64,000 nt of DNA from Candidatus Limivicinus sp. (GTDB lineage: Bacteria; Bacillota; Clostridia; Oscillospirales; Oscillospiraceae): the NCBI GenBank assembly GCA_051866735.1, contig JBJDXP010000014.1, forward strand, positions 9,374 through 73,373, written 5' to 3'. The translations under genes were made by a program, and so were the position numbers. The notes beneath the pieces were generated by a model. The model worked only from the letters and a program-made list of their open reading frames with translations. It searched no databases and was not told the DNA's origin. This document shows positions 18,524 through 27,366 of this stretch, piece after piece (the first letter of the stretch is position 1; every line of letters starts with the position of its first letter).

Positions 18524-19630
18524 ATGAAAACGCAAATCATGCGCATCTGCGCCTTGTGCCTTTGTCTCTGCCTGCTCTGCGGCTGCGGCGGCGCGGCGGC
18601 ACAGCCTGTCGCGGAGACCCCGCCTGCTGAAACTGCCGGAGAAAAGGGCCTTCGGCTCAGCCAGACGGCGTCCGTCTCCGCCGAAAAATACCTGGGGAAG
18701 AGCGAGTTTGCGGACTTCCTGTCCCGGGCGGAAAAGACTTACCTGATCCCCGGGCTGAATGAGGCCGCCATCCCCCAGGGCATGAGCTGGTGCGAAAGCA
18801 CCGGCCTGGTCTATCTCTCCGCCTACTACAAAACCGATGCTGTGCCCTCCGTGATCATGGCCCTTGACGGGTCGAGCGGTGACTTTGCGGCGGAATACCG
18901 GCTTTATAACGCCGACGGCAGCCCCTTTACCAGCCATGTGGGCGGGCTGGCCGCGGCGGGAGACGATCTTTACGTCTCCGCGAAGCTGGATAACGACGGC
19001 AGCTACGCTGTGGCCGTCATTCCCCTTGAAAGCCTGCCGCCGGAGGGGAGCCACGACATCACCATTGAAAGGACAGTGGCATTGCCCGTCTCCCCTTCCT
19101 TCCTGAATTACTCCCAGGGCATCCTCTGGGTGGGCAATTTCTATCACCCCTCCGCAGACTACGGCCTGTCCGCCGGCATGGACTTCACAACGGAGACGGC
19201 GGACGGCGACTATGGCTGCTATATTCTGGGCTATGCTCTGGGCGGCGGCACACTGGGCGGCAATACCGGCACGGCCCCTGCCCCGGATTATGTGCTGGTG
19301 GCCCCGGACCGTATTCAGGGCATGGTTTTCTGCGATGACGGCACCGTGCTGCTGAGCCAGTCCTATGGCCGGAAGAACAACTCCACCCTGCTGCGCTATG
19401 ACCTGGATCTGGACCGGGCGGACGGCTCTGTCCCGGTGGGCGGCAGTGAGGTCCCGTCCTATATTCTGGACAGCCGCGTCCTGCGGGAGGCCATCACCGC
19501 CATGCCCATGACCGAGGCTCTGTGTACAGGCCCGGACGGCAATGTGCTGGTTCTGTTTGAGTCCGGCGCCATGGCCTACAGCGACGGCAAATACCGCACC
19601 GACCATGTGTGGAGCCTGAATCTTTCCTGA
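18524..19630 (+). CDS. Hypothetical lipoprotein
   Basis: 368 aa, starting 5 nt after the PHP stop. It has a signal peptide with lipobox (LCLCLLCGCGG). I recognise no family; the repetitive Gly/Asp-rich strands suggest a beta-rich fold. Confidence 0.6.
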   Translation: MKTQIMRICALCLCLCLLCGCGGAAAQPVAETPPAETAGEKGLRLSQTASVSAEKYLGKSEFADFLSRAEKTYLIPGLNEAAIPQGMSWCESTGLVYLSAYYKTDAVPSVIMALDGSSGDFAAEYRLYNADGSPFTSHVGGLAAAGDDLYVSAKLDNDGSYAVAVIPLESLPPEGSHDITIERTVALPVSPSFLNYSQGILWVGNFYHPSADYGLSAGMDFTTETADGDYGCYILGYALGGGTLGGNTGTAPAPDYVLVAPDRIQGMVFCDDGTVLLSQSYGRKNNSTLLRYDLDLDRADGSVPVGGSEVPSYILDSRVLREAITAMPMTEALCTGPDGNVLVLFESGAMAYSDGKYRTDHVWSLNLS

Positions 19631-19787
19631 TTGTGTTCGGGCAGACGGCTATTTGAGAGACTGACCTCCCGTACCGCCGTGTACACCGTTTATACCACCG
19701 CTATTCGGCCCACAAAACGCGAAACTTCATGCCGGGCAAATCCGCGCCTTTCATCTTGCTGAACATGCGCATACCGCGCGCATTAAT

Positions 19788-20002
19788 ACACCAGGTTTTT
19801 TTGAGACCTGGTGTCAGACTGTAGACAAAGCTATCGGCAGTGTATAAAGTTGCATGGGGAGAGTGCAGAGAGGGGACGGGAGTCCCCTTTCTGCGTTCAA
19901 TCCATACTTATACAGGAGTATTTTTTAATACTCCTGTATAAGTTTTCAAGGCGTCGAACTTTGTCGACGCCTTGACACCAGGTTTCTTTTGAGACCTGGT
20001 GT
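19788..20002. repeat. Hairpin array containing the inverted copy of the A/B composite element
   Basis: Module C (acaccaggt...acctggtgt) occurs at 19788-19814 and 19975-20002. B lies at 19844-19900 and matches the reverse complement of 5108-5164 at 53 of 57 positions. D (cttatacaggagtatt/aatactcctgtataag) lies at 19907-19942. A' lies at 19946-19975. Confidence 0.8.
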
Positions 20003-20145
20003 ATTTTTGTTTTCTGTATTCTTGCGGCTTCAACCGGGGAAAATACTTTACGATCATTTGACAGAGAGTTTACCGGGCGGCGGTATCGGGCAAATGCACT
20101 TTTTCGTATACTGGTAGTCATTAACAGGAAAAGAGTGGGCGTGGG

Positions 20146-20808
20146 ATGAACACATATAGTAACCGGGAGCTGTCCTGGCTGAAATTCAACGAACGGGTCC
20201 TTGAAGAGGCGGAAAGCGAGAGCGTGCCCCTGTGCGAGCGGCTGAGCTTTGCCTCCATTTTTCAGAGCAATCAGGACGAGTTTTTCATGGTGCGGGTGGG
20301 CTCCCTGGAGGACCAGCTGCTGGTGTCCCGGGACCTGCGGGACAACAAGACCCGCATGACCGCCGCCGAGCAGATCAGCGCCATACTGAAAGAAGTCGCC
20401 CGGCTGAACCGGCGGCGGGACGCGGTCTATGCCGCGCTGATGAGCCGTCTGGAAAAGCAGGGCGTCCGCCTGGTCGATTTTCAGAAGATCGGAGAGCGGG
20501 AGAGCGGCGAGCTGGAGCGGTATTTTGACGCGGAGATCGCGCCGCTGCTCTCGCCCACGGTGGTGAGCAAGCGGCAGCCCTTCCCCTTTCTGCAAAACCG
20601 GGAGATCTACGCCGTGGGCGTGCTGGCCGGAAAAAACGGCGGGGAGAAGCTGGGTATTATCCCCTGCGGCACCGGGGTCTTCCCCCGGCTCATCCGCGTG
20701 CCCGGCCAGCCGGGCGCCATGATGCTTTCAGAGGAGCTGATCCTCCATTTCCTGCCCAAGGTGTTCAGCAGCCACCGGAGTAACGATAACGCAGGTTTGC
20801 GCCAATAG
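20146..20808 (+). pseudogene. ppk1: Polyphosphate kinase 1, 5' fragment (about 210 of about 700 codons)
   Basis: NRELSWLKFNERVLEEAESESVPLCERLSFASIFQSNQDEFFMVRV is a canonical PPK1 N-terminus. Similarity ends near ...LILHFLPKVFSS. The C-terminal catalytic domains are not found anywhere in the window. Confidence 0.85.
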
Positions 20809-20857
20809 ACCAAGCTGATATTATAGATTTTTATCGAGAATTAGTATAAATGCAGAA

Positions 20858-20900
20858 AACCCGCAGAACACACCAATCTGTGCTCTGCGGGTTGAATTTT
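20858..20900 (+). terminator. Intrinsic terminator just inside the AT-rich block
   Basis: aacccgcag...ctgcgggtt forms a 9-bp stem with extension, followed by gaattttt. Confidence 0.55.
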
Positions 20901-20916
20901 TAATGGGAGCTTCTTT

Positions 20917-21093
20917 TCAGAGAAGCTTGTCTTCAAATGATCTGACCTTCACATAGTCGCTCTTCGCTCCGGCGTAGGCCATTGCAAAGGCGAAGACGCC
21001 ATCTTCAAAGATGTCATGCATGATCTGCCAGAAATTTCTCTTATTTCTTTCCATTTTTCTTGTCCTTCTTTCATCTCTTTGAGCATTGGACAT
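20917..21093 (-). CDS. Small hypothetical protein (58 aa from ATG; weak call)
   Basis: The ORF reads MSNAQRDERRTRKMERNKRNFWQIMHDIFEDG.... There is no convincing Shine-Dalgarno sequence and no family I recognise. Confidence 0.25.
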   Translation of the reverse strand: MSNAQRDERRTRKMERNKRNFWQIMHDIFEDGVFAFAMAYAGAKSDYVKVRSFEDKLL

Positions 21094-21241
21094 TATAGCC
21101 AAAAACCGAAAAGTTCAATAGTCAAGTTGCACAAAAATTGCGCCGTTTTTCGGCATCTTGAGCGGTTTCCCACCAGCGCTACCTCCGGTAATATTACGCG
21201 GACGCTGTTTCGGGACGATTCGACGCAGCTGAGCCGAAAAA

Positions 21242-21267
21242 GGAAGCTGTATCTGAATACAGCTTCC
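21242..21267 (-). terminator. Intrinsic terminator of the LytTR regulator gene
   Basis: On the minus strand, ggaagctgta-ttcaga-tacagcttcc is followed by a U-run (plus-strand A-run at 21237-21241). It lies 49 nt after the stop. Confidence 0.7.
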
Positions 21268-21315
21268 CGGAAAAGGCACTATCAACTTTTATGGCGGTTT
21301 ACATGGTTTCCTTGT

Positions 21316-22032
21316 TCAATGCTCCGTCTGCCGTTCAAGCTGGGCAAAAAAGGCGTCCTTTGCCTCCTTTTTCCGGCTGCGGCTGATGGGGATCTCCTCT
21401 CCGTTGATCAGGGAGAAGCTCTCCGTTTTCATGCCAGTGATCTTTTCCACATTGACCCAGAAGCTCTGGTGGCAGTGGACAAAGCGGCCCGGCGGGAAGT
21501 CCTTCATCAGCTCTTCCGCCTTTGCGGTGGTAAAATGCTTTTTCCCGCTGCAAAGAACAATGGCGGTCTTTTTCAAAATCCGTTCCAGATACAGAACTTC
21601 CGCTGCCGTCACCGTCTGCACCACCCGCCCCTCCCGGAAACGGATGCGCAGCTCCTGCGCCCTGTCCGCCAGAACCTTTGTCATCGCGGCGTCAATGCGC
21701 TCTTCCAGCTCGGATTTTAAGATGAAATAGCTGTGGCGGGTCTCATATACCTCCGTGGCATAGCCAAGAAAGCTGGTAAGAAAAATGATGTTGCACTCCG
21801 GGACCAGCAGGTTCAGCGTCTTTGCCACATCTATCCCGCTGTTCCCGGGCATATGGATGTCCAGAACGGCCAGATCCGGCGTGTAACCCCCGTTTTTAAC
21901 GGCTTTGATCAGCTCCGTGCCGTCGGAAAACAGCTCTGTCTCCGGGGAGAAGCGTTCCGCTTTTTCCAGAATGAGTTTTTCGGTCTTTTGGCTCTGCTTA
22001 CAATCATCATCGCATATGGCGATATGTACCAT
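21316..22032 (-). CDS. LytR/AlgR-family response regulator (receiver + LytTR DNA-binding domain), orphan
   Basis: The receiver domain has DDD near the N-terminus, the phospho-acceptor context LAVLDIHMP, and FLTS. The C-terminal LytTR domain reads VLYLERILKKTAIV...FVHCHQSFWVNVEKI. No histidine kinase gene is adjacent. Confidence 0.9.
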   Translation of the reverse strand: MVHIAICDDDCKQSQKTEKLILEKAERFSPETELFSDGTELIKAVKNGGYTPDLAVLDIHMPGNSGIDVAKTLNLLVPECNIIFLTSFLGYATEVYETRHSYFILKSELEERIDAAMTKVLADRAQELRIRFREGRVVQTVTAAEVLYLERILKKTAIVLCSGKKHFTTAKAEELMKDFPPGRFVHCHQSFWVNVEKITGMKTESFSLINGEEIPISRSRKKEAKDAFFAQLERQTEH

Positions 22033-22321
22033 TCCCTATCCGCCCCAAATCACAAGATCAGTTTTGCGTAAATGTACCCGCCTTTTCCTCCGGGCGCAGG
22101 CTTCTGTCGACGCGTCTCCAAAGTGGTCATCACTTTGTTTCCCATATTGCTTTTCTGCAAATTATTCCTGTAAAGCTGCAAATTATGCAGTCTTTCATAA
22201 AAACACAGTAAAGAGTGATATTATCTTTAAAATCGCTTTATATTTCAGTTTGATTCTATACCATAATTTAACTTTTGTAAAGTGATGTTTTTACAATTTT
22301 TCGCATATTTTTGCATAAATT

Positions 22322-22431
22322 TGCCGTTAAAAATACCGGGAGAAGGAGTTTCTCCGGCCGATGGCCGCACTTCAGCAGGTAAAGCCCGCTAAGCCGCAGA
22401 GTCATCCTCACTCCCGGTATTTTTAACGGCA
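22322..22431. repeat. 21-bp perfect inverted repeat flanking a 68-nt GC-rich core
   Basis: tgccgttaaaaataccgggag (22322-22342) is the exact reverse complement of 22411-22431. The core is much GC-richer than the surrounding AT-rich leader, and atttttat follows. Confidence 0.75.
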
Positions 22432-22564
22432 GATTTTTATCCGCCGGCCGGCACAAAAAGCCATTGCGCTCTCAACGGCTTCGCCGAAAAACCGTACGAT
22501 CTTTTTATTCCTCTCGAAAAGACGGTTTTTAATGATTTCTTTACGTTTTGATCACAGCCTGAGG

Positions 22565-22593
22565 TTTACAAAATCAGTAAAACATATTATAAT
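22565..22593 (+). promoter_or_regulatory. Near-consensus promoter of the polysaccharide operon
   Basis: TTTACA (22565-22570), a 17-nt spacer, then TATAAT (22588-22593), 62 nt upstream of the GTG start at 22656. Confidence 0.65.
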
Positions 22594-22655
22594 ATGTTAG
22601 TTTAAAAGGGTTATTATGCCCTTTCGCAATATGAATTATTCGAGAGGATTTTTGC

Positions 22656-23810
22656 GTGAAACAACTCGTTTTACTATATTGGGGCTGCGTATTCCTGATG
22701 TACCTGTCCCAGACATGCTACCCTGTTGAGACTCAGCTGGATGGTCGGCAGACTGGAAAGCGTCATTTTATGCTGCGCCGATCCGATGTTTTCATGATAG
22801 TAACGATCCTTTGGCTTACGAGCTTCTCTTTTCTTAGAACTTCGTACAATGATACCAGTAATTACATAGCCTCATTTATGAACGCCGAAAGTGTGATCGA
22901 TGGCGTTGAGAATGGAACATTTGTGGATTGGACCGGCAATCCTTTTTCCATGTTATATCGAAGTTTGGTGCACGATTTTACAGACAATTACCATATTTAT
23001 TTCTTTTTTCCGGCTGTTTTAAGTAGCTTTGCTGTTGTAAAACTGCTTAAGAGATATTCTGTTGCCCCTGCCTTCAGTCTGCTCATTTTTTTCTCCCTTG
23101 GCACCTACGTAATGTATATTGCCGCCTTAAAGCAATGTTTGGCAATGTTCTTCTTGCTCATGGCGCTCCCATATGCAATAGATAAAAAGTATGTAAGGTT
23201 CTACCTTCTGGTACTTGTGGCAATTTTGTTCCATACTCACGCGTTTATGTTTGCGATCGTACCATTCTTGCTTGAAAAACCTTGGGGCAAGGTTTCGTGG
23301 ATTTTGCTCGGGGCAACGTTATTCGCAATGGTCACCTATGATGTTACATTGGGAGCATTTATGAACTATGCTCAATCAATCGGTGCTCTTGTTGCGGAAG
23401 AAGAAGTCTTTGATGACCATCAAATTAATATGCTCCGTGTACTTGTGTATTGGGTTCCAGCCATATTAGCACTCATTTTCCGGCGCCGTTTGTTTTTGGA
23501 TTCTTCCAAGGCAGAAAACCTATTTGTTAATATGTCAATCGTCAGTGCATTTATCCTGACGCTTGGATTGGTTCAGGCGGCTAACTTGTTTGCACGAATG
23601 GCAGGATATTTCGAAATTGCCACTGCAATTGCATTGCCTTGGATAGTAAAAAAGCTGTTTACAAAGCAGTCTGCACAATTCGTGATGACTTTTGCATCAA
23701 TCCTGTACTTTGCATATTTCATATATGAATTTACTGTATCTAAAAATTTTGATGCTGATTACTCTGCTATCACTATGTGGCAATTCATTACAAGTCTATT
23801 CGGGGGTTAA
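22656..23810 (+). CDS. EpsG-family polytopic membrane protein (putative Wzy-type repeat-unit polymerase)
   Basis: 384 aa with about 10 TM segments. It has an early DTSNY motif and ALKQCLAMFFLLMALPY...LVAILFHTHAFMF, resembling the EpsG RQ...FH signature. Confidence 0.7.
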   Translation: MKQLVLLYWGCVFLMYLSQTCYPVETQLDGRQTGKRHFMLRRSDVFMIVTILWLTSFSFLRTSYNDTSNYIASFMNAESVIDGVENGTFVDWTGNPFSMLYRSLVHDFTDNYHIYFFFPAVLSSFAVVKLLKRYSVAPAFSLLIFFSLGTYVMYIAALKQCLAMFFLLMALPYAIDKKYVRFYLLVLVAILFHTHAFMFAIVPFLLEKPWGKVSWILLGATLFAMVTYDVTLGAFMNYAQSIGALVAEEEVFDDHQINMLRVLVYWVPAILALIFRRRLFLDSSKAENLFVNMSIVSAFILTLGLVQAANLFARMAGYFEIATAIALPWIVKKLFTKQSAQFVMTFASILYFAYFIYEFTVSKNFDADYSAITMWQFITSLFGG

Positions 23811-23812
23811 GC

Positions 23813-24007
23813 ATGGCAGATTCTTCGATTTCTCAAGCAATTGAATCAAGTGGTTTCTGCTGTGCGGAGGAAGTGGAGAAGCTTCAGGTTATGAAAGCTG
23901 GTAGTGGTCAATCAGTTGACCTGGATTATGCTCAGAGCAATTTGAACATCTTGTTTTATCGCAAGTTGAAACGCAATTATCTTTACAGGTTTACTCCAAC
24001 TACATAG
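23813..24007 (+). CDS. Small ORF of unknown significance (64 aa)
   Basis: The ATG directly abuts the epsG-like stop, and the ORF fills an otherwise 235-nt gap. There is no recognisable family, and it may be a gene remnant. Confidence 0.2.
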   Translation: MADSSISQAIESSGFCCAEEVEKLQVMKAGSGQSVDLDYAQSNLNILFYRKLKRNYLYRFTPTT

Positions 24008-24045
24008 GAAGAAGAAAGAGTTTAGTAGAAAGGAATGACCATTAA

Positions 24046-25119
24046 ATGACTAACTTTACAGTTGGACCGGTTCAGTCGAGCGATTCTGTTTTGGCAGTTG
24101 GCGCAGAGCAAGTTCCGTATTTCAGAACAGCAGAGTTTTCCGAGATCATGTTAGAAAATGAAAGGCTGATAAAAAAGTTTGCAAAAGCAGAAGAGAACGC
24201 GCGAGCCGTATTTCTTACCGGCTCCGGAACCGCTTCAATGGAAGCGACAATCATAAATACTCTCACCAAAAGCGATAAGGCACTCATAATAAACGGCGGC
24301 AGTTTTGGTCAACGATTTGTTCAGCTTTGCGGTATTCACGGGATTCCTTTCGATGAAATAAAACTTGAAACTGGTAAAGCATTAACGGAAGAAATACTTT
24401 CTGCTTATGCAGGAAACAAACATACTGCTTTTATCGTGAATGTTCATGAGACTTCCACTGGTGTCTACTATGACATGAATTTAATCAGAAAATTTTGCAA
24501 GAAAAACAATTTGTTCCTGATTGTTGATGCAATCAGTTCTTTTCTCGCAGACGACTTCAATATGGCAGAGCTTGGCGCAGATGTAATGATTACCGGCTCC
24601 CAGAAAGCACTGGCATGTCCCCCCGGAATTTCTATCATAGTTCTCTCCGAACGCGCAATCGACCGTGTGATGGGAAATGATCCTCACTGTATGTATCTTG
24701 ATCTGAGAGATGCGTTAAAAAATGGCGAGCGGGGTCAAACGCCCTTTACCCCTGCGGTGGGGATTCTTCGACAGATTAATACAAGATTGAAAGAGATTGA
24801 TGCAAACGGGGGTGTGTCTGTCGAAACACGGAAGATAGCAGCTTTGGCACAGGATTTCAGAGAGAAAATTAAAAATCTACCTTTTGAAATAGTGTCTGAA
24901 TCCATGTCCAATGCCGTGACCCCCTTACATCCGTTGACTGCCTCAGCCTATGATATTTTTCTGACGTTGAAGGACGAATATGGAATATGGGTTTGTCCCA
25001 ACGGCGGCACACTGAAAGATCAGATTTTTCGCGTCGGTCATATTGGGGCGCTGTCTTTTGATGATAACACCACGCTCGTGAATGCGCTGAAGGACATGCA
25101 GAGAAAAGGTGTTATTTGA
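24046..25119 (+). CDS. Class-V PLP aminotransferase (serine-pyruvate / AGT / PhnW / SerC superfamily)
   Basis: 357 aa with GSGTASMEA, the Schiff-base lysine context [13 protein letters not shown], and C-terminal FRVGHIG. It is not a DegT-type sugar aminotransferase. Confidence 0.85.
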   Translation: MTNFTVGPVQSSDSVLAVGAEQVPYFRTAEFSEIMLENERLIKKFAKAEENARAVFLTGSGTASMEATIINTLTKSDKALIINGGSFGQRFVQLCGIHGIPFDEIKLETGKALTEEILSAYAGNKHTAFIVNVHETSTGVYYDMNLIRKFCKKNNLFLIVDAISSFLADDFNMAELGADVMITGSQKALACPPGISIIVLSERAIDRVMGNDPHCMYLDLRDALKNGERGQTPFTPAVGILRQINTRLKEIDANGGVSVETRKIAALAQDFREKIKNLPFEIVSESMSNAVTPLHPLTASAYDIFLTLKDEYGIWVCPNGGTLKDQIFRVGHIGALSFDDNTTLVNALKDMQRKGVI

Positions 25120-25697
25120 TGGCATTTATCCAAATTGATCGATCAGGTAATTTTGCTATTCGCCTGATGCACAGAACTGCGTTTGAGTTCTGCGATCATT
25201 TTTTGATGAAATTTTCTCTCGACAATTGTAGTTGTGTTGACCATCCGGAGTTGTATCGGACAAACATTTCTCTTTCAAATGTAGAAGACTGTAACGGAAT
25301 GAGCTTCAGTGTGGCGCGAATGAAGAATTATCTTCGTACACAAAGCTCTTATATGAGAGGGTACATATACTACAGCAAAACCAATAATGAGCCCGTAGGT
25401 TATGTGTGGGTTGCTTACAGAGGAGCCAACGAGTTTCAATATCGGATAAGAACCATAGACGCCTTTGGGTTTGATTTCGCAGTTAAGAACGAATACAGAG
25501 GTCATGGTATAGTCGGATTTATGATCTTTCAGCTGTTGTTATTATTGCAGGACGAGGGAATTCATGATCTGTATGCAAGTGTTCGTAAAAATAATTACGC
25601 TGCGATAAGCGCATATGAAAAAATTGGCGCAGTTAAAGTGGGTAGATATAAATTTTGCAGATTTGCCGGAATCCGCGTTCCCTATCCAAAAATTTGA
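25119..25697 (+). CDS. GNAT-family N-acetyltransferase
   Basis: The acetyl-CoA motif A reads FAVKNEYRGHGIVGFMIFQLL, and ...NNYAAISAYEKIGA lies downstream. The start ATG overlaps the upstream TGA. Confidence 0.75.
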   Translation: MAFIQIDRSGNFAIRLMHRTAFEFCDHFLMKFSLDNCSCVDHPELYRTNISLSNVEDCNGMSFSVARMKNYLRTQSSYMRGYIYYSKTNNEPVGYVWVAYRGANEFQYRIRTIDAFGFDFAVKNEYRGHGIVGFMIFQLLLLLQDEGIHDLYASVRKNNYAAISAYEKIGAVKVGRYKFCRFAGIRVPYPKI

Positions 25698-25810
25698 TTT
25701 GCTTAAAAAACGTCCTGTTTTTTGCACATAGCGCAGCAGAAAAGAAGCGGCATGATAAAGCAGCCGCTTGTCTTTTGGTGCTATGAAAGAGAAAAAGGGA
25801 GATAGAGAGT

Positions 25811-26635
25811 ATGCAGAACAGTCAGTTGCCAGAATTAAAAAGAATAGAGCTTGAAATGCTCCAGAAGCTTGCAGAAATCTGTGATGAAAACCACATAACA
25901 TATTATCTTGGTGATGGCTCTCTTCTCGGTGCCGTCCGGCACCAGGGGTTTATACCGTGGGATGACGATATTGATGTTTTGATGCCTTATGAAGATTACA
26001 AGCGGTTTTTGGAAATTGCGCAAAGCCAGCTGGGCGACGATTATTTTCTGCAAACCAGCGAAACAGATAAAAACTGGTATCGTGTATATGCAACGCTCAG
26101 GAAAGAAAATACCGCGATGATCCAGAACCCTGCATACCATGTAAACCAGGGCATATGGCTTGACATTTTTATTCTTGGGAACGCTCGGACAAAGCTTGAA
26201 TGTCGTTTTCAAAAAATCATGATAATGATCTGCAATTATATGCTTATGGATCACTACATGAGAATAAATTCCGGTGAATTCAAGAAGAAGCTGGCGTACA
26301 TTGGATACTGGTGTTTTCAACTGTTTTACTGCATCCCCTGGAAGTGGAGATATGCTCTACGCCAGCGAATACTGGATCAAATCTGCAAGGACAAGGGCGG
26401 AAAGCTTTACCCAGAAATCTGGTGTGGTATTACATCAGTTTATTGCGCGGATTGCTTTGAAGGCTCGCCGTCTTTTGTTGAATTTGAGGGTAGAAAATAT
26501 AATGCGCCGCATAACACAGACCTGTTTCTGAAAACACAGTATGGAAATAATTACATGACTCCTATAAAATGGGAACGAGGCCACGAAAACATTCATGTGG
26601 ATTTTGAGCACAGCTACTCAGAATTTTTGGAATAG
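25811..26635 (+). CDS. LicD-family phospho-alcohol transferase (copy 1)
   Basis: LEMLQKLAEICDENHITYYLGDGSLLGAVRHQGFIPWDDDIDVLMP is the canonical LicD nucleotidyltransferase-fold core. Confidence 0.9.
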   Translation: MQNSQLPELKRIELEMLQKLAEICDENHITYYLGDGSLLGAVRHQGFIPWDDDIDVLMPYEDYKRFLEIAQSQLGDDYFLQTSETDKNWYRVYATLRKENTAMIQNPAYHVNQGIWLDIFILGNARTKLECRFQKIMIMICNYMLMDHYMRINSGEFKKKLAYIGYWCFQLFYCIPWKWRYALRQRILDQICKDKGGKLYPEIWCGITSVYCADCFEGSPSFVEFEGRKYNAPHNTDLFLKTQYGNNYMTPIKWERGHENIHVDFEHSYSEFLE

Positions 26636-26647
26636 AGGAGCACGTTT

Positions 26648-27364
26648 ATGAAAGCGATTTTACTTGCCGCTGGACGCGGGACACGAATCAGCAGATATTT
26701 AGACGGTAATCCAAAATGTACTGTGGATTTGGGAAATGGCACAAAGTTGATCGAGTATTCGATTGCAATGCTTAAAAAGAAAGGCATTACAGAGATTGCA
26801 ATGGCAACTGGTTACCGGCATCAGGTTATTGAGGATATCCTTGCCGGTTCTGGCGTAAAGTATTTTTATAATCCTTTTTTTGATGTAACCAACAGCATTG
26901 CCTCGCTGTGGTTTGCAAAAGAATTTTTATCGGATGATGATCTTCTGATTATGAACGCCGATGTTTTTGCCGAAGAGCGCGTCTATGATCATCTTCTGGC
27001 AACAAGCAAAAATCCGGTTCTCGCATTTGATTCATCCCGGAAGGAAGAGGCCGATTACAAGTTTTACTGTCCAAATGGCGTGATAGAGAAGTATGGAAAA
27101 GAGTTAAAAGGTGATGATATTTCAGGCGAGTATGTCGGCTTTGCGATTTTAAGGCGAGGATACATACCTAAATTTGTTCAGCAGATGGAAAATATGATCG
27201 ATTTGCAGAAACATAATCTATGGTGGGAAAACGTTTTATATGAATTGGCCTCAACGGAAGAAATATATGTGGATGATATAAACGGTATGTTCTGGGCTGA
27301 AGTCGATTATATTGAGGACTACGAGCGTATCAGAAACTATATTGTAAAGCAAAAGCGGATATAA
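26648..27364 (+). CDS. LicC-like cytidylyltransferase (phospho-alcohol/phosphonate nucleotidyltransferase)
   Basis: MKAILLAAGRGTRISRYL...KLIEYSIAMLKKKGITEI...WWENVLYEL...AEVDYIEDYERI is collinear with pneumococcal LicC as I recall it. Confidence 0.85.
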   Translation: MKAILLAAGRGTRISRYLDGNPKCTVDLGNGTKLIEYSIAMLKKKGITEIAMATGYRHQVIEDILAGSGVKYFYNPFFDVTNSIASLWFAKEFLSDDDLLIMNADVFAEERVYDHLLATSKNPVLAFDSSRKEEADYKFYCPNGVIEKYGKELKGDDISGEYVGFAILRRGYIPKFVQQMENMIDLQKHNLWWENVLYELASTEEIYVDDINGMFWAEVDYIEDYERIRNYIVKQKRI

Positions 27365-27366
27365 AT

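Noticed and set aside
17425-19606. Minus-strand ORFs of 373 and 428 aa opposite the PHP and lipoprotein genes
   Set aside because: These are antisense frames. The plus-strand ORFs have PHP motifs, a lipobox, Shine-Dalgarno sequences and tight coupling.
22322-22431. Invertible promoter (phase-variation switch) for the polysaccharide operon
   Set aside because: The segment between the inverted repeats is only 68 nt and contains no recognisable -35/-10 pair. The good promoter lies 130 nt further downstream, outside the repeats, and no invertase gene is nearby.
25745-25775. Internal terminator between the GNAT gene and the first LicD gene
   Set aside because: It has only a 7-bp stem (aagcggc/gccgctt) with a short T-run inside a co-directional operon. 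That is too weak to call.
24046-27364. Annotating the cassette as a 2-aminoethylphosphonate biosynthesis cluster
   Set aside because: The defining enzymes, PEP mutase and phosphonopyruvate decarboxylase, are absent from the window. The aminotransferase alone cannot discriminate PhnW-like from AGT/SerC-like function.
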